A stretch of 64,000 nucleotides of DNA from an uncultured archaeon (GTDB lineage Archaea > Asgardarchaeota > Heimdallarchaeia > Heimdallarchaeales > Kariarchaeaceae). Each line of letters begins with the position of its first letter. Within the stretch, counting starts at the first letter, position 1. This document shows, one piece after another, positions 18,946 through 29,406 of the stretch. The notes under the pieces were generated by a model that was given only the letters and a program-made list of their open reading frames with translations, ran no database searches and was not told the DNA's origin. The DNA lies in the NCBI GenBank assembly GCA_964645535.1, contig CAZYCQ010000001.1:99017-163016 (forward strand), given 5' to 3'. The translations under genes were made by a program, and so were the position numbers.

Positions 18946-20892
18946 ATGAGCAACCTTGAAACTAAATGGCAGGATTTCTTTCCGTATGATCCAAGACCTG
19001 CACAACTGAAGATTTTGAATCCATTGGAAAAGCTGATTGCAGAAGGAAAACATTGTATCATTGAGGCAGCAAATGGAACAGGGAAGACCATTGCCGCACT
19101 TTCAGCAGCCCTTCCTGCAGCCAAACGGCATGACAAGGTTATCGTCTATTTGGCAAGAACTCATTCCCAGATGGACAGGGTCATTGAAGAATTGGGTAAG
19201 ATCAACGAAATCAAATCAGTAAAGGTTTCTGGATTGACAATGCGAGGAAGAAATTCCATGTGCCTAAATGACCTAGTCCTCAAATTTGCAACCAATCCTA
19301 GGTCTGCAGGAGAAATGTGCACGCAATTGAAGTCGCTAAAAAAATGCCAGTATTTCAAGAACATGGCTGATGAAACAACAATGGCACCTGTCTTCAATGA
19401 ACTCCAGAGAAAGCCTGCAACCGCGGAAATCATATTTGAATTGGCGGAAGCAGCAGCAATCTGCCCTGCTGAAACCGCAAGAAAATTGCTCTCAAGTGTT
19501 GATGTAATAGCTGGCAGTTACCTATACATGTTTGATCCAAGAATCAATACAATGTTCCTTGACCAGACAGGTGTTGAACTTGATGATCTCATCCTTGTAG
19601 TGGATGAATGCCATAATCTTCCAGATACAGCCATTGATATAGGATCTGATGAACTCACCACTTTTTCTTTCAGCCGTGCAATAAGAGAGGCAAGGGATGA
19701 AGGGCAAACAAACATTATCCCCTTCTTTGATGCATGCCAAGAGTTTTTTGCAGAACTATCAGTACGCAATAAGATTGGACAAGAGGTGCCAATTGATGCA
19801 TCTGAGATTCTTGAAAAGTTGGAACTCATGTGTGACCTTGAATTGGATGATGAATTTTTTGATGATTTGATCACCCTTGGAATCAAAATTCGAACCAAAT
19901 TACTTCGAAAAGGCAAGGAACCAAGATCGAGTATTGGAAGAATTGGAGAGTTTTTTTATTTATGGTATGAGTCTATTGGAAGGAATGAATTTACCCATTC
20001 AGTGGAAGTAAAAACCATTGAGGGAAATCAAAGAAATCGTTATGCCATTTTGCGACTTTCAAGTCTCGATCCGAGGAGAGTTTTGATGCCGATTCTATCG
20101 GAAGTATATGCTTCAGTCCATCTGACAGGCACCTTGGGGGATCCAGAAGCCTATGCAAAACTGACAGGTCTTGAAAACCTTCCCCACGAAAAAATTATTC
20201 TTCCGTCCCCTTATGAAAGAAAGAATATTGCGGCATATTTTACAGGAAAATTAAGTACCCTCTATAGCCATAGAAGCCCTGAAACCTACAGAAAAATTGC
20301 AGATCTGGTCATGGTTGTAGCGGATGAGACACCGAAAAACATTGGAGTATTTGCACCAAGTTACCAAATAGTTGAAGAGCTTTTCAGGAACGGATTGGAT
20401 CAATATCGAACTAAACCGATTTTCAGAGTCCCTTCTGAAGCAACATCTGAAGAAAATGACAGAATTGTAAAAAGGTTCAAGAAAGAAGCATCCAAAGAAG
20501 GAGGGATCTTGATTTCCGTATTGGGAGGCAGATCATCCGAAGGAACTGATTTTCCGGGTCACTTGATGAATTCCGTAGTTGTCATAGGAATACCCTATGC
20601 CCCTCCAAATCCTCGGATCCAAGCAAAAATCAATTTTCTCGAAGAGAATTTCCCAGGTCTTGGAAGAACTTTGGGATATGAAATCCCTGCAGTCAACAAA
20701 GCAAGTCAGGCAGCAGGTAGAGCCGTCCGATCATTGGATGACAGAGCATTCATTTTATTCGTTGACTTCAGGTATGGATCCTACAAGGTCAAGAAACTAT
20801 TGCCAAATTGGTTGCGGACAGGTTTGAAGAAGATTGATCCTAAACCAGAAAATATTGAGCGAGCAATCAGAAATTTTTTTGAAGAAAAATAA
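18946..20892 (+). CDS. XPD/Rad3/DinG family Fe-S DNA helicase
   Basis: Q motif RPAQ, AANGTGKT, RTHSQ, four Fe-S Cys, VDECHNL, SEGTDF, QAAGRAVR. Confidence 0.93.
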   Translation: MSNLETKWQDFFPYDPRPAQLKILNPLEKLIAEGKHCIIEAANGTGKTIAALSAALPAAKRHDKVIVYLARTHSQMDRVIEELGKINEIKSVKVSGLTMRGRNSMCLNDLVLKFATNPRSAGEMCTQLKSLKKCQYFKNMADETTMAPVFNELQRKPATAEIIFELAEAAAICPAETARKLLSSVDVIAGSYLYMFDPRINTMFLDQTGVELDDLILVVDECHNLPDTAIDIGSDELTTFSFSRAIREARDEGQTNIIPFFDACQEFFAELSVRNKIGQEVPIDASEILEKLELMCDLELDDEFFDDLITLGIKIRTKLLRKGKEPRSSIGRIGEFFYLWYESIGRNEFTHSVEVKTIEGNQRNRYAILRLSSLDPRRVLMPILSEVYASVHLTGTLGDPEAYAKLTGLENLPHEKIILPSPYERKNIAAYFTGKLSTLYSHRSPETYRKIADLVMVVADETPKNIGVFAPSYQIVEELFRNGLDQYRTKPIFRVPSEATSEENDRIVKRFKKEASKEGGILISVLGGRSSEGTDFPGHLMNSVVVIGIPYAPPNPRIQAKINFLEENFPGLGRTLGYEIPAVNKASQAAGRAVRSLDDRAFILFVDFRYGSYKVKKLLPNWLRTGLKKIDPKPENIERAIRNFFEEK

Positions 20893-20910
20893 TTTCAAGA
20901 AATTTTTTTA

Positions 20911-21522
20911 TTGGTTGGTACAAGTAATATTTTGGTGACCACACAATCCCGCAGAGAAGACATCCTGCGATTGATTAACAAATTCTTTCAAGATTTTGAT
21001 CTCTTGTTCAATTCAATAGACAAATTGAATGATCCTGATAAAATCATTGAAATGATTCAAGAAGCAAAAGACGACAAGATTGCTGTTCAGCTAGTTTTTC
21101 GGTTAGCCTATTTGGACGAAAAGAAAATTGCCAAATTACTAAGGGAAAGTAAGGACGAGATCATTAAACAGTTTGGAATTTTCATCCTGAAAGATGAAGA
21201 AACCTTAGGTGAAATCGCGAGAAATGAAAAATCGATATGGACGGCATTAAGTGCAGTAGCTAAAATTACAGATCAGAGCATTCTTTTTGAGCTTGCATCC
21301 AATCCAACTTTGTTTTCATCTGTTAGATGGGAAGCACTTAGGAGAATCAATGATGAGGAGTTATTGATTAAACTGGCAGAAATAGACGTTGATGAGCATT
21401 GGGTAAAGGCAGTAATATCTAAAATTGAGAGTGAAGAAAATCTCCTTATCCTTAGATTGACCTTGAAGGACAAGTTTCAACCTTATATTTCCAATCGTCT
21501 GCAATCACTCTCTGCTATTTAA
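20911..21522 (+). CDS. Helical repeat protein (HEAT/LRV-like, ~24-aa repeats)
   Basis: Repeating unit I.D.E.L..IA (LKDEETLGEIA, ITDQSILFELA, INDEELLIKLA, IESEENLLIL). Confidence 0.65.
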   Translation: MVGTSNILVTTQSRREDILRLINKFFQDFDLLFNSIDKLNDPDKIIEMIQEAKDDKIAVQLVFRLAYLDEKKIAKLLRESKDEIIKQFGIFILKDEETLGEIARNEKSIWTALSAVAKITDQSILFELASNPTLFSSVRWEALRRINDEELLIKLAEIDVDEHWVKAVISKIESEENLLILRLTLKDKFQPYISNRLQSLSAI

Positions 21523-23032
21523 TGCTTGGAATGTTTTCCCCTTTTGTAAATTGAGATGATTTCAGAAGGGAATCGAGGATTCGTTCAATTGAGGCGTAAT
21601 TTACTTTTATCTTATCTGGATTACGAGGACCAGCCCAAATTAAATTGTATTTTTTCAGGGTTTTGAGCATCTTTCTGATGGATTTCCTGTTAACTCCGAT
21701 CTCTTTAGAAATAAGGGAGATGTTCCAATCAATGTCATCATATGAAAGTAGGTATTCCAAGAAAGTAATGGCATGCTTTGATCTTAGTTCCAATTCAGCG
21801 CCCTTCAGGTTTTCGTCAAAGTCAGAAATAAATTCTGAGGCGATGTAAACATTGTATCTTCCAATTTTACGTTTTTCAATCCATCCATAATCTTCTAGAA
21901 TTTCCAAGTGCCACAGGAGGTTCCCCATTCCGACATCAACTGCCTTTTTGATCTCACGTAGATGAGCACCTGACGAACCCATGAATTCCAAATACTCCAG
22001 AATGGCACGCCTAACGGGGTTCATCAACAATTGACCCTCAGTCAATTGACGGTTTTCAGGTTGATAGATGGAGGCGATAACAAATACTGTTAATACCCAG
22101 ATTCTTTCGATAAGCCATTTGAAAAATGAAATTATTTGCCTGAAAAATAACCCGATCAGTCCTAAAACAATGAGAAGTGAAATGAGTGGGGAAGGGACAT
22201 TTAATTGGGGCAACTCACTGGGAAGTGGATTCACATTAGAATCGCTAATGCTCGAATTAGTCGTTGTATGAACTGGATTAGTGATTAAACTCGTTCCCAA
22301 AATACTCTGGAACTGATTCAAACGAAGAGTAAGCAATTCCTTTATCTTCGCTTTAAGAAGGTCAGATAAACCAGCCAAAAAAAATCCTTGCCGGTGGGCA
22401 GTATTCTGTTCATCTCCACTTTGATAATCAAATGCAAAGGTAAGAGAATAGTAAGTTGAAGAATTTCTTTCTAGAATGATGGGTTCATTCCCGGTTATTT
22501 CGGTTTGAAGAGAGGAATCATTCGTGGAAAGAATTGTACCTAAGATGGATGCATCCAAGGTTGGTTCAATCAAAGCCATTTCTCCCTTATATGAAACCTG
22601 GGTTCCATTAAAGTCAATTTGCCAACCTGTTTCTTCATCTCCAACCTCTTTAAGGTAATTTTCAACACCCAAAAAGCGTCTGAGATCACCTGAAAACTGG
22701 TCAGTTTCAGATGTTATGGTTATGAGGGCTTTGAACGAGGTACTTGTAATATAATTGTCCAAAGAATCTCGGATCGCTCCATCAATTTCACCATTGCTAT
22801 CTGCAATGATGATTAATTCATAATTAGCAAAAGAACCAGGAGTTTCATTCTCGGTTTCCAATAGATCAATATTGACATTCAGATCTTGAAAAAAGCTTGA
22901 AAATACATTTCCTTCTTCAGGCTCGGAATAAATCACCAGAATGTCAATCGAGGATTGTTGAGCCGTTATTGGAATTAGAAACAACCAATTCAAGGCCAGA
23001 ACCATCATTAATATTGTACCGAGGTATCTCAA
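21515..23032 (-). CDS. Membrane-tethered transcription regulator: signal peptide, extracellular alpha/beta domain, TM, C-terminal tandem wHTH
   Basis: N-terminal signal; S/T/P linker; TM LISLLIVLGLIGLFF; NPVRRAILEYL...GAHLREIKKAVDVGMGNLLWHLEILEDYGWI; second HTH ISLISKEIGVNRKSIRKMLKTL. Confidence 0.85.
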   Translation of the reverse strand: MRYLGTILMMVLALNWLFLIPITAQQSSIDILVIYSEPEEGNVFSSFFQDLNVNIDLLETENETPGSFANYELIIIADSNGEIDGAIRDSLDNYITSTSFKALITITSETDQFSGDLRRFLGVENYLKEVGDEETGWQIDFNGTQVSYKGEMALIEPTLDASILGTILSTNDSSLQTEITGNEPIILERNSSTYYSLTFAFDYQSGDEQNTAHRQGFFLAGLSDLLKAKIKELLTLRLNQFQSILGTSLITNPVHTTTNSSISDSNVNPLPSELPQLNVPSPLISLLIVLGLIGLFFRQIISFFKWLIERIWVLTVFVIASIYQPENRQLTEGQLLMNPVRRAILEYLEFMGSSGAHLREIKKAVDVGMGNLLWHLEILEDYGWIEKRKIGRYNVYIASEFISDFDENLKGAELELRSKHAITFLEYLLSYDDIDWNISLISKEIGVNRKSIRKMLKTLKKYNLIWAGPRNPDKIKVNYASIERILDSLLKSSQFTKGENIPSIK

Positions 23033-23272
23033 TCGCTTTCAAAATTTAATATCTTTGCAATTTAATAAAAAGATTGGAACAGAGTTGCCCATCTTCAGAA
23101 TGGATAGTTGATCTGAAGGGAGGAAAGAGGTAAATGCAGAATTAATGGCAAATGCCTTTTACGTAGGAATTTCAGGAAAAACAGCCATTTTTCACACAAA
23201 TCGGTAAAAAACAAATCCATTTTCTCACTACAGAGACAAAGGTATTTATTTATCTGAGTTACATCCACTTTA

Positions 23273-26200
23273 ATGATCGCCAGATCACTAACACGGAGTA
23301 GTGCAAAACAAAGATTGGCGGTAGTCATTTTCCTTTTTGGGATCCTTGTTTTTTCAGGGTTCCTGCCGGCAACCGCGCATACAGAAAGGAACAACAGATC
23401 ATTTTCTGAAACAGTATCTTCTGTTGATCCTAATAACAGGCAAACAGTGGAACAGACCACATATTCAGCCAATTCAGGAAGAAATCTACCATTCCTTGAA
23501 CAAGATCGAAGGTACGATCTTCTTCGGAAAGAACTCAAGAATAAAGGATTGGAACTCAATTCAAAGGTAGTTTCTCCTTTTCTTTTGAATTTGCAAGGCA
23601 AAGATTTCCAAGCCAATCCTGATGGAACCTTGGATCTCATAATTTCAACAACAGGAGAAAAACCGATGACCGATATGCATTCTTTGGCGAATATGTTTGG
23701 CTTTGAAATGCTGAGAACAATTCCCCAGTTGGATGCATACGTCTTTCGAGGAAGAATTGCAGATTTCAATGCATTTCTGCTCAAAAACAGTAGATCTCTT
23801 GATGTAAAGTATGTTGCTCCTCGAACCACTTACCAAATCGAAGGGTTCCAATCCAGCAATTCAATTCAATTGGATGGAACACCGAATGATCCTAGATGGA
23901 ATGATCAATACGGACCACAAATCATTCGAGCCGATAAGGCATGGAGCCAGATCAGTAGTCCCCCTACAGACCCAGTCATCATAGGTGTAATCGATACGGG
24001 AATTGATTACAATCATCCGGATTTAGATGGAGTCTATCTTCCCGGAGGATATGATTGGGTCAACGATGATACCGACCCTATGGATGACAATAACCACGGA
24101 ACACATGTTGCTGGAATCATTGCGGCAGAAATCAACAATAGTCTTGGTATTGCTGGAGTTGCCGGATTTGGTTCAAGTTACGTCAAGGTAATGGCTGAAA
24201 AGGTGTTCACTTCATATGGTGGAGGAAGTGATGACGTAATCGCACAAGGCATTGTGCATGCAGTTGACTTTGGTATTGACATTATGAGCAATTCGTGGGG
24301 AGGTGGCCCTTCTGATTTAATTGAAGAAGCCATGGAATATGCTAGAGACAATGGAGTGATTATTATTGCCGCCGCAGGAAACGGTTTTGGACCCGATGCA
24401 GACCTGCATTATCCTGCATCTCTTCCATATGTCATTTCCGTATCCTCTACGGATAGAAATGATCAATTGTCTTTCTTCAGTTCCTATGGCTATACTGTAG
24501 ATGTAGCAGCACCAGGTTCAGATATCCTCTCATCCATAATAGGAGGAGATTATGCTGAATTCTCAGGCACAAGCATGGCGACACCTCATGTATCTGCCAC
24601 TGCTGCATTGATGCTTCTGAAACAACCAGACCTTTCTCCCTTTGAAGTGCGGACTTTATTGCACGACACAAGTGTTGATCTTGGAACACAGGGATTTGAC
24701 ATTAAGTTCGGATATGGAAGGATTGATGCATTCAATGCTACAGTCGCAGCAGAAAGGCCAGATATTGATTTGAGAGCAACAATTTATGTACCCCAGCATC
24801 CAATAGTCACCAATTCCATCATTGACATTACAATTGGTCTGTTCAATTTTGGAACTACAAACCAAGATCTGGACTATACAATCAAGAGAGATGGAAAGGT
24901 GATAGACAGCGGCACCTATACGAATTTCTCTGCCGCAAGTGAAATCATGCTTCAAGAACAATTGTTTGTTGTAGACCCAAAGGATGTAACCCTTGAGGTA
25001 TTTATTACGCCAGTGACTGGTGAAACAAATCTTGAGAACAACAACGCCACCCAAGTCTTGAAATTTGGACAACAGACCTATCAAATGATAGCTGAAGAAT
25101 TCAGTTGGGATGATGCAAGAAATGGTGGGTATGATGCAGGGTTGCAAGGGGATGATACGGCAGTTGAAGTACCCTTACCGTTTTCCTTCGAATTCTATGA
25201 AGGATTTAACTTCGAGACGGTATTTGTCAGTTCTAATGGGTACGTCTCATTCATTGATCCTTTCCCCAGCTATTACTATCCGTCAATGTTTCCTGATGAT
25301 TTCAATCCATTCGTCATTGCACCCTTATGGACTGATCTTGTGATGATGGACTTTTTCGGAAACACAACAGCGGATTCACCGAAGTTGTGGATTAAGGAAA
25401 GAAATGACTCTGTCATCTTTCAATGGACTAATGCACATTTGTTTTTCAACCCTAGCGCAAATCTTACCTTCCAGATGGTGCTGTATACCAATGGCGACAT
25501 TAGGTTCAATTATTTGAATGCGGCAACTGATTTCGCAACCATAGGTGTGAACAAAGGATTAAGATCCAATGATTACACCCAATATTGGTCACCCCAACAG
25601 GGACCTGTTGTCTTGGAGAACATGTCATTACTCTTTACGAGACAAAATGTAAAGGTACAAAACGATGTTGGAGTCATGATGTTGACAATGCCTGAAACTG
25701 GATTGCCAAATGACAATTACACCATTGAATTTGCAGTTGTCAATTTCGGGCTGAATGACGCAACGGGTGTTTCATATGATTTGAAAATAAATGGAACGTC
25801 TGTTCTTTCAAATACAACAGATGTGGAATCAGGGTTTGGTCAAGTGTTCATTTATCACTGGACACCAACTACAGAAGGTCTGTACCAGTTCAACCTATCT
25901 GTAAGTCCATATCTCAACGAAACCAACCTTGGAAACAATGTGTTCGAAGCAGAGATTTCCATTGTATCTTCAAATCTGAATATCCCATTCGATGCAACCA
26001 TGGAATACCTGTTTGATAGCACATTCTTTGGCGGATCCCAAAATGAATGGCCCTTATTGACAATGTATATTGAGCCTTCAGGAAGTGATCCGGTAATTGC
26101 AAGGTTCTGGTTAAGCTACACTGACATGAGAACAGGAGACCTCATGTTCGAGTTTTTCTTCGAATTCAATATCTTGACCTTTGAAATTGTAGATTCCTTT

Positions 26201-27781
26201 GGAGAACGGATTCCCTTCGTTCTTCCTGCATTTGCGGATATTGGATATGAGAACTCCTTTGGAACCATCGTAGCAACAACAACATTCAATTATCAAGGTC
26301 AAACATTAAACGCATTCCGTCTTGAAAATGGATACGGTCAGCAAGTATTTTATGATCAGGTTACCGGGGCAATGCTTTTGGATATAGAACAAGTCTGGAA
26401 TGGAACTGAGCAGGTTACAGCAGAAGTTGAACTATTTTATGCACCGGAGGTCATCTCTCCACCTTCAGTCAATCAATTGGTAAAGATTTTTGCTCCTGAT
26501 GGACCTAGTGGTGGAGAGACGACTGCTTTCATGTATGTCAGAAACACCGGAGCAACAGCAGTCAGCGGAACAACACTTTCTGTCACACTCGACGGATCTG
26601 TCTTTGAAACAACACAGATGGGAGCTCTGGCACCAGGGGAATCACAAGTCATTCAATCAACAGTCCCAGCTCAGGAAGGAGTACATACCATCTCAGCCAA
26701 TATTTCAGTGGCGACAGGTGAAACGGACGTTGAGGATAATTTTGATACAACTACATTCAGAGGAATCGGGATGATTGCAGTATTCCAAGACGATTATCCG
26801 TTTTTCTCATTCATGATGGAGGATGTCATCACTTATGAACTTGGAAAAGGGGTTATGTACTTCACTTCTTCTGATATCGGAAATGTCAACATCTCAGGCT
26901 ATGATCGGGTGGTCATTGCTTCTGCTCAGTCCGCCTCCTTTAGGCTTGCTGTTTCGAACAATGTGGAATGGTTCGAAGCCTATGCAGAACAAGGAGGAAT
27001 CTTGGAAATTCATGCAGGATCTGAGAATGGACGATATCTTCAACTTCCAGGAGGAATAGATGTGATTGGGGATGTTTTTTACAATGAAATCACCATTGAA
27101 GATCCCAATTCAGATGTTTTCAAGACACCTTACCTTGTGACTTCCCAAATGTTGAGCAACTGGTATTGGTCAGCCCTAGGTCATTTAACCAATTTGAACC
27201 CCTTGACAAAAGTCTACGCAACTGAAGGTGAGAGTGGTGAATCAAATCCTGTCCTTGCAGCGCAGGCACAGGGTTCAGGTTATATCATATATACCACTCT
27301 TGGTGTCGAAGCTTGGTGGGCAAGCTACGAATTCCTGAGTAACCTATTGCAGTTTGTTCCAACTGATGTACCTGTAAGTGGAGTTACTCCGGAGATCCAA
27401 GGAAACGAGGAAGTGGTGATGTATAATGACCAATATGAAACATTGATGTACATCCTTGAAAGTCCGTTCCATGACACCTATAAGGTAACTGTGGATGGTG
27501 TCGACACAATTTATGATTGGGACGAACCAATTGCAATCGTAACTGTTGAAACACAGGGATGGACGGTAGGTACTCATACAGTCCGTATCGAAGCAACGGA
27601 TACAATTGGTCAGACAACCGTAATGGAAACCACGGTTGAGGTTCTTCAAGCACCAACAACAACTGTGGAGAGCTCATCCAGCACTTCCGATAATGGACCA
27701 CTTGATCTGTGGATCTTCATTGCAGGTCTTGGAATGTTGGTTGCAATTCCCATTCTAAAAAAGAAAAATAGGAAGATATAA
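23273..27781 (+). CDS. Large membrane-anchored subtilase (S8) with CARDB-like, NIDO-like and GATase/GIFT-like domains
   Basis: Triad VIDTGID, HGTHVAGII, GTSMATPH; CARDB-like GETN..NN motifs; NIDO-like LPFSFEFY..VSSNGYVSF..IAPLWTDL; C-terminal TM plus KKKNRKI. Confidence 0.93.
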   Translation: MIARSLTRSSAKQRLAVVIFLFGILVFSGFLPATAHTERNNRSFSETVSSVDPNNRQTVEQTTYSANSGRNLPFLEQDRRYDLLRKELKNKGLELNSKVVSPFLLNLQGKDFQANPDGTLDLIISTTGEKPMTDMHSLANMFGFEMLRTIPQLDAYVFRGRIADFNAFLLKNSRSLDVKYVAPRTTYQIEGFQSSNSIQLDGTPNDPRWNDQYGPQIIRADKAWSQISSPPTDPVIIGVIDTGIDYNHPDLDGVYLPGGYDWVNDDTDPMDDNNHGTHVAGIIAAEINNSLGIAGVAGFGSSYVKVMAEKVFTSYGGGSDDVIAQGIVHAVDFGIDIMSNSWGGGPSDLIEEAMEYARDNGVIIIAAAGNGFGPDADLHYPASLPYVISVSSTDRNDQLSFFSSYGYTVDVAAPGSDILSSIIGGDYAEFSGTSMATPHVSATAALMLLKQPDLSPFEVRTLLHDTSVDLGTQGFDIKFGYGRIDAFNATVAAERPDIDLRATIYVPQHPIVTNSIIDITIGLFNFGTTNQDLDYTIKRDGKVIDSGTYTNFSAASEIMLQEQLFVVDPKDVTLEVFITPVTGETNLENNNATQVLKFGQQTYQMIAEEFSWDDARNGGYDAGLQGDDTAVEVPLPFSFEFYEGFNFETVFVSSNGYVSFIDPFPSYYYPSMFPDDFNPFVIAPLWTDLVMMDFFGNTTADSPKLWIKERNDSVIFQWTNAHLFFNPSANLTFQMVLYTNGDIRFNYLNAATDFATIGVNKGLRSNDYTQYWSPQQGPVVLENMSLLFTRQNVKVQNDVGVMMLTMPETGLPNDNYTIEFAVVNFGLNDATGVSYDLKINGTSVLSNTTDVESGFGQVFIYHWTPTTEGLYQFNLSVSPYLNETNLGNNVFEAEISIVSSNLNIPFDATMEYLFDSTFFGGSQNEWPLLTMYIEPSGSDPVIARFWLSYTDMRTGDLMFEFFFEFNILTFEIVDSFGERIPFVLPAFADIGYENSFGTIVATTTFNYQGQTLNAFRLENGYGQQVFYDQVTGAMLLDIEQVWNGTEQVTAEVELFYAPEVISPPSVNQLVKIFAPDGPSGGETTAFMYVRNTGATAVSGTTLSVTLDGSVFETTQMGALAPGESQVIQSTVPAQEGVHTISANISVATGETDVEDNFDTTTFRGIGMIAVFQDDYPFFSFMMEDVITYELGKGVMYFTSSDIGNVNISGYDRVVIASAQSASFRLAVSNNVEWFEAYAEQGGILEIHAGSENGRYLQLPGGIDVIGDVFYNEITIEDPNSDVFKTPYLVTSQMLSNWYWSALGHLTNLNPLTKVYATEGESGESNPVLAAQAQGSGYIIYTTLGVEAWWASYEFLSNLLQFVPTDVPVSGVTPEIQGNEEVVMYNDQYETLMYILESPFHDTYKVTVDGVDTIYDWDEPIAIVTVETQGWTVGTHTVRIEATDTIGQTTVMETTVEVLQAPTTTVESSSSTSDNGPLDLWIFIAGLGMLVAIPILKKKNRKI

Positions 27782-27814
27782 AACCATAAAAGATTGTCAA
27801 ACAAGAATTAATTA

Positions 27815-28420
27815 TTGAAATTCAATGAATTCATCAATGCCTTAGGAGATTACTTGGAAAAAGGAACTTTTACACAATCCAAAACACCTATAGCATCTGT
27901 CATGATTCCATTTTTCGAGAGAAACAATGAACCTTGGATCATATTAACAAAACGCGCAAGCCATCTCAAAAAACATTCAGGACAAGTTTCATTTCCGGGG
28001 GGTAAGGCAGATCCGGAAGATAGGAACCCTTTGGAAACAGCATTTAGAGAAACACAAGAAGAGCTAGGAATACCACCACAGGAAATAAGGCTATTGGGAA
28101 GGTGGAATGATTTCTGGACACCATATTATGACAATGTTGCCACCTATATTGGAGTACTGGATTCCATGAAAAATTTGCGACCATCAATTGATGAAATTGA
28201 AAAGCTTATTTTTGCACCCTTGAAGATTTTTGGAGATGAAAGTAAGCATTGGATTGAAGAAAGAGTCCATGAAGGGAAAAAATATCATGTCCACTACTTC
28301 AAAGTAGATGGGGAAGTTGTGTGGGGAGCTACAGGAGGTGTGATCTTTTACTTGCTGCGGGATTTGGGGGTAATTTCCTATGGTAAAGAATTTGAGCCCA
28401 CCAACAGCGGACTGACTTAA
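27815..28420 (+). CDS. Nudix hydrolase, CoA pyrophosphatase (NudL/Pcd1-like)
   Basis: LTKRASHLKKHSGQVSFPGG, TAFRETQEELG, VWGATG. Confidence 0.92.
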   Translation: MKFNEFINALGDYLEKGTFTQSKTPIASVMIPFFERNNEPWIILTKRASHLKKHSGQVSFPGGKADPEDRNPLETAFRETQEELGIPPQEIRLLGRWNDFWTPYYDNVATYIGVLDSMKNLRPSIDEIEKLIFAPLKIFGDESKHWIEERVHEGKKYHVHYFKVDGEVVWGATGGVIFYLLRDLGVISYGKEFEPTNSGLT

Positions 28421-28803
28421 AGACCCTTCTCTTCCTTGATTTCCTTCATTACCTTTAGACCTTCCATGGCTTGCGGGAACCCGATAAACATTGAAAGATG
28501 GATGAACACTTCAATTAACGAATGGAATGGAATTCCGATTTTCAAGGCGGCAAGAAGATGAGACTTTAGCTGTTCCTTCAGCCCCAAACAGGTCAGAGCC
28601 GTAACTGCAATGAGTTCACGCTGATCCAATGATAATCCTGATCTCGGATAGACAGACCCATAAGGAACTTCAACAATAAACTTTGCATAATCGCTATCCA
28701 AATCCGCCAATGTCTTTTTGATTCTTCTCCAATTCCTGCCATAAAGTTGTTCTCCGATTTTGTCGGCCTGCACCATTCTATCTTCCTTGATCACAGTATC
28801 CAT
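28417..28803 (-). CDS. Carboxymuconolactone decarboxylase family protein
   Basis: YG.VY.RSGLSLDQRELIAV, QLKSHLLAALKIG, FIGFP.A. Confidence 0.88.
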   Translation of the reverse strand: MDTVIKEDRMVQADKIGEQLYGRNWRRIKKTLADLDSDYAKFIVEVPYGSVYPRSGLSLDQRELIAVTALTCLGLKEQLKSHLLAALKIGIPFHSLIEVFIHLSMFIGFPQAMEGLKVMKEIKEEKGL

Positions 28804-28911
28804 AAGTCATCAAGCCATTTCCTGCTTTAGCTTTATCGATTGTTGGAACAACAGATAACAGAATCCAACGAAAGTATTTGTACCTTTATAAGGAGAGATG
28901 AGAACCTCTAG

Positions 28912-29406
28912 ATGATGATCGAGCCAATCGAAAAAAATGAGCTCCACAACAAACTTGTGACAACAGGACACACCCTTCTTTCTCTCTTTTGGGGCAAAAA
29001 ACCAAGTCAGGTAAATGTCAAATCATCAAATCCAGAAATCAAGTATTCAGCACTTGAGTATTTGATGATACTCAGATATGCTTCCGATCTTTTCACAGGA
29101 AGAGTTGAAAGAATGTTGAAACGCGAGGATGTGCCTGAAACCCATGATTTCGACATCGATAAATTTTTGGAAACGGAGGATATCGAAGATCAAAGTCTAA
29201 AGGCCAACATTGAAGAATTCATGGATTCTAGAGCAAAGCTGTTGAGACTTCTCAATCCATTGAAGGATGAAGAGTGGGATTCCTACAAAATTAATCATGA
29301 AAAGTTTGGAGAGCTTACACTCCGGCAATTGCTCACTCTTTTGGCGAACTATGAAGAGGAATGGGTAAACAATATCAAAACAATTCTCAAAGAACATGAT
29401 CTATAA
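28912..29406 (+). CDS. DinB-like four-helix protein, degenerate
   Basis: KYSALEYL, F...R..LL.LL..L.DEEW, H.KFGELTLRQLL. Confidence 0.6.
   Translation: MMIEPIEKNELHNKLVTTGHTLLSLFWGKKPSQVNVKSSNPEIKYSALEYLMILRYASDLFTGRVERMLKREDVPETHDFDIDKFLETEDIEDQSLKANIEEFMDSRAKLLRLLNPLKDEEWDSYKINHEKFGELTLRQLLTLLANYEEEWVNNIKTILKEHDL

Noticed and set aside
23095-23829. 244-aa antisense ORF, and other shadow ORFs such as 59149-59802 and 36210-36785
   Set aside because: They lie antisense to well-supported genes and lack motifs.
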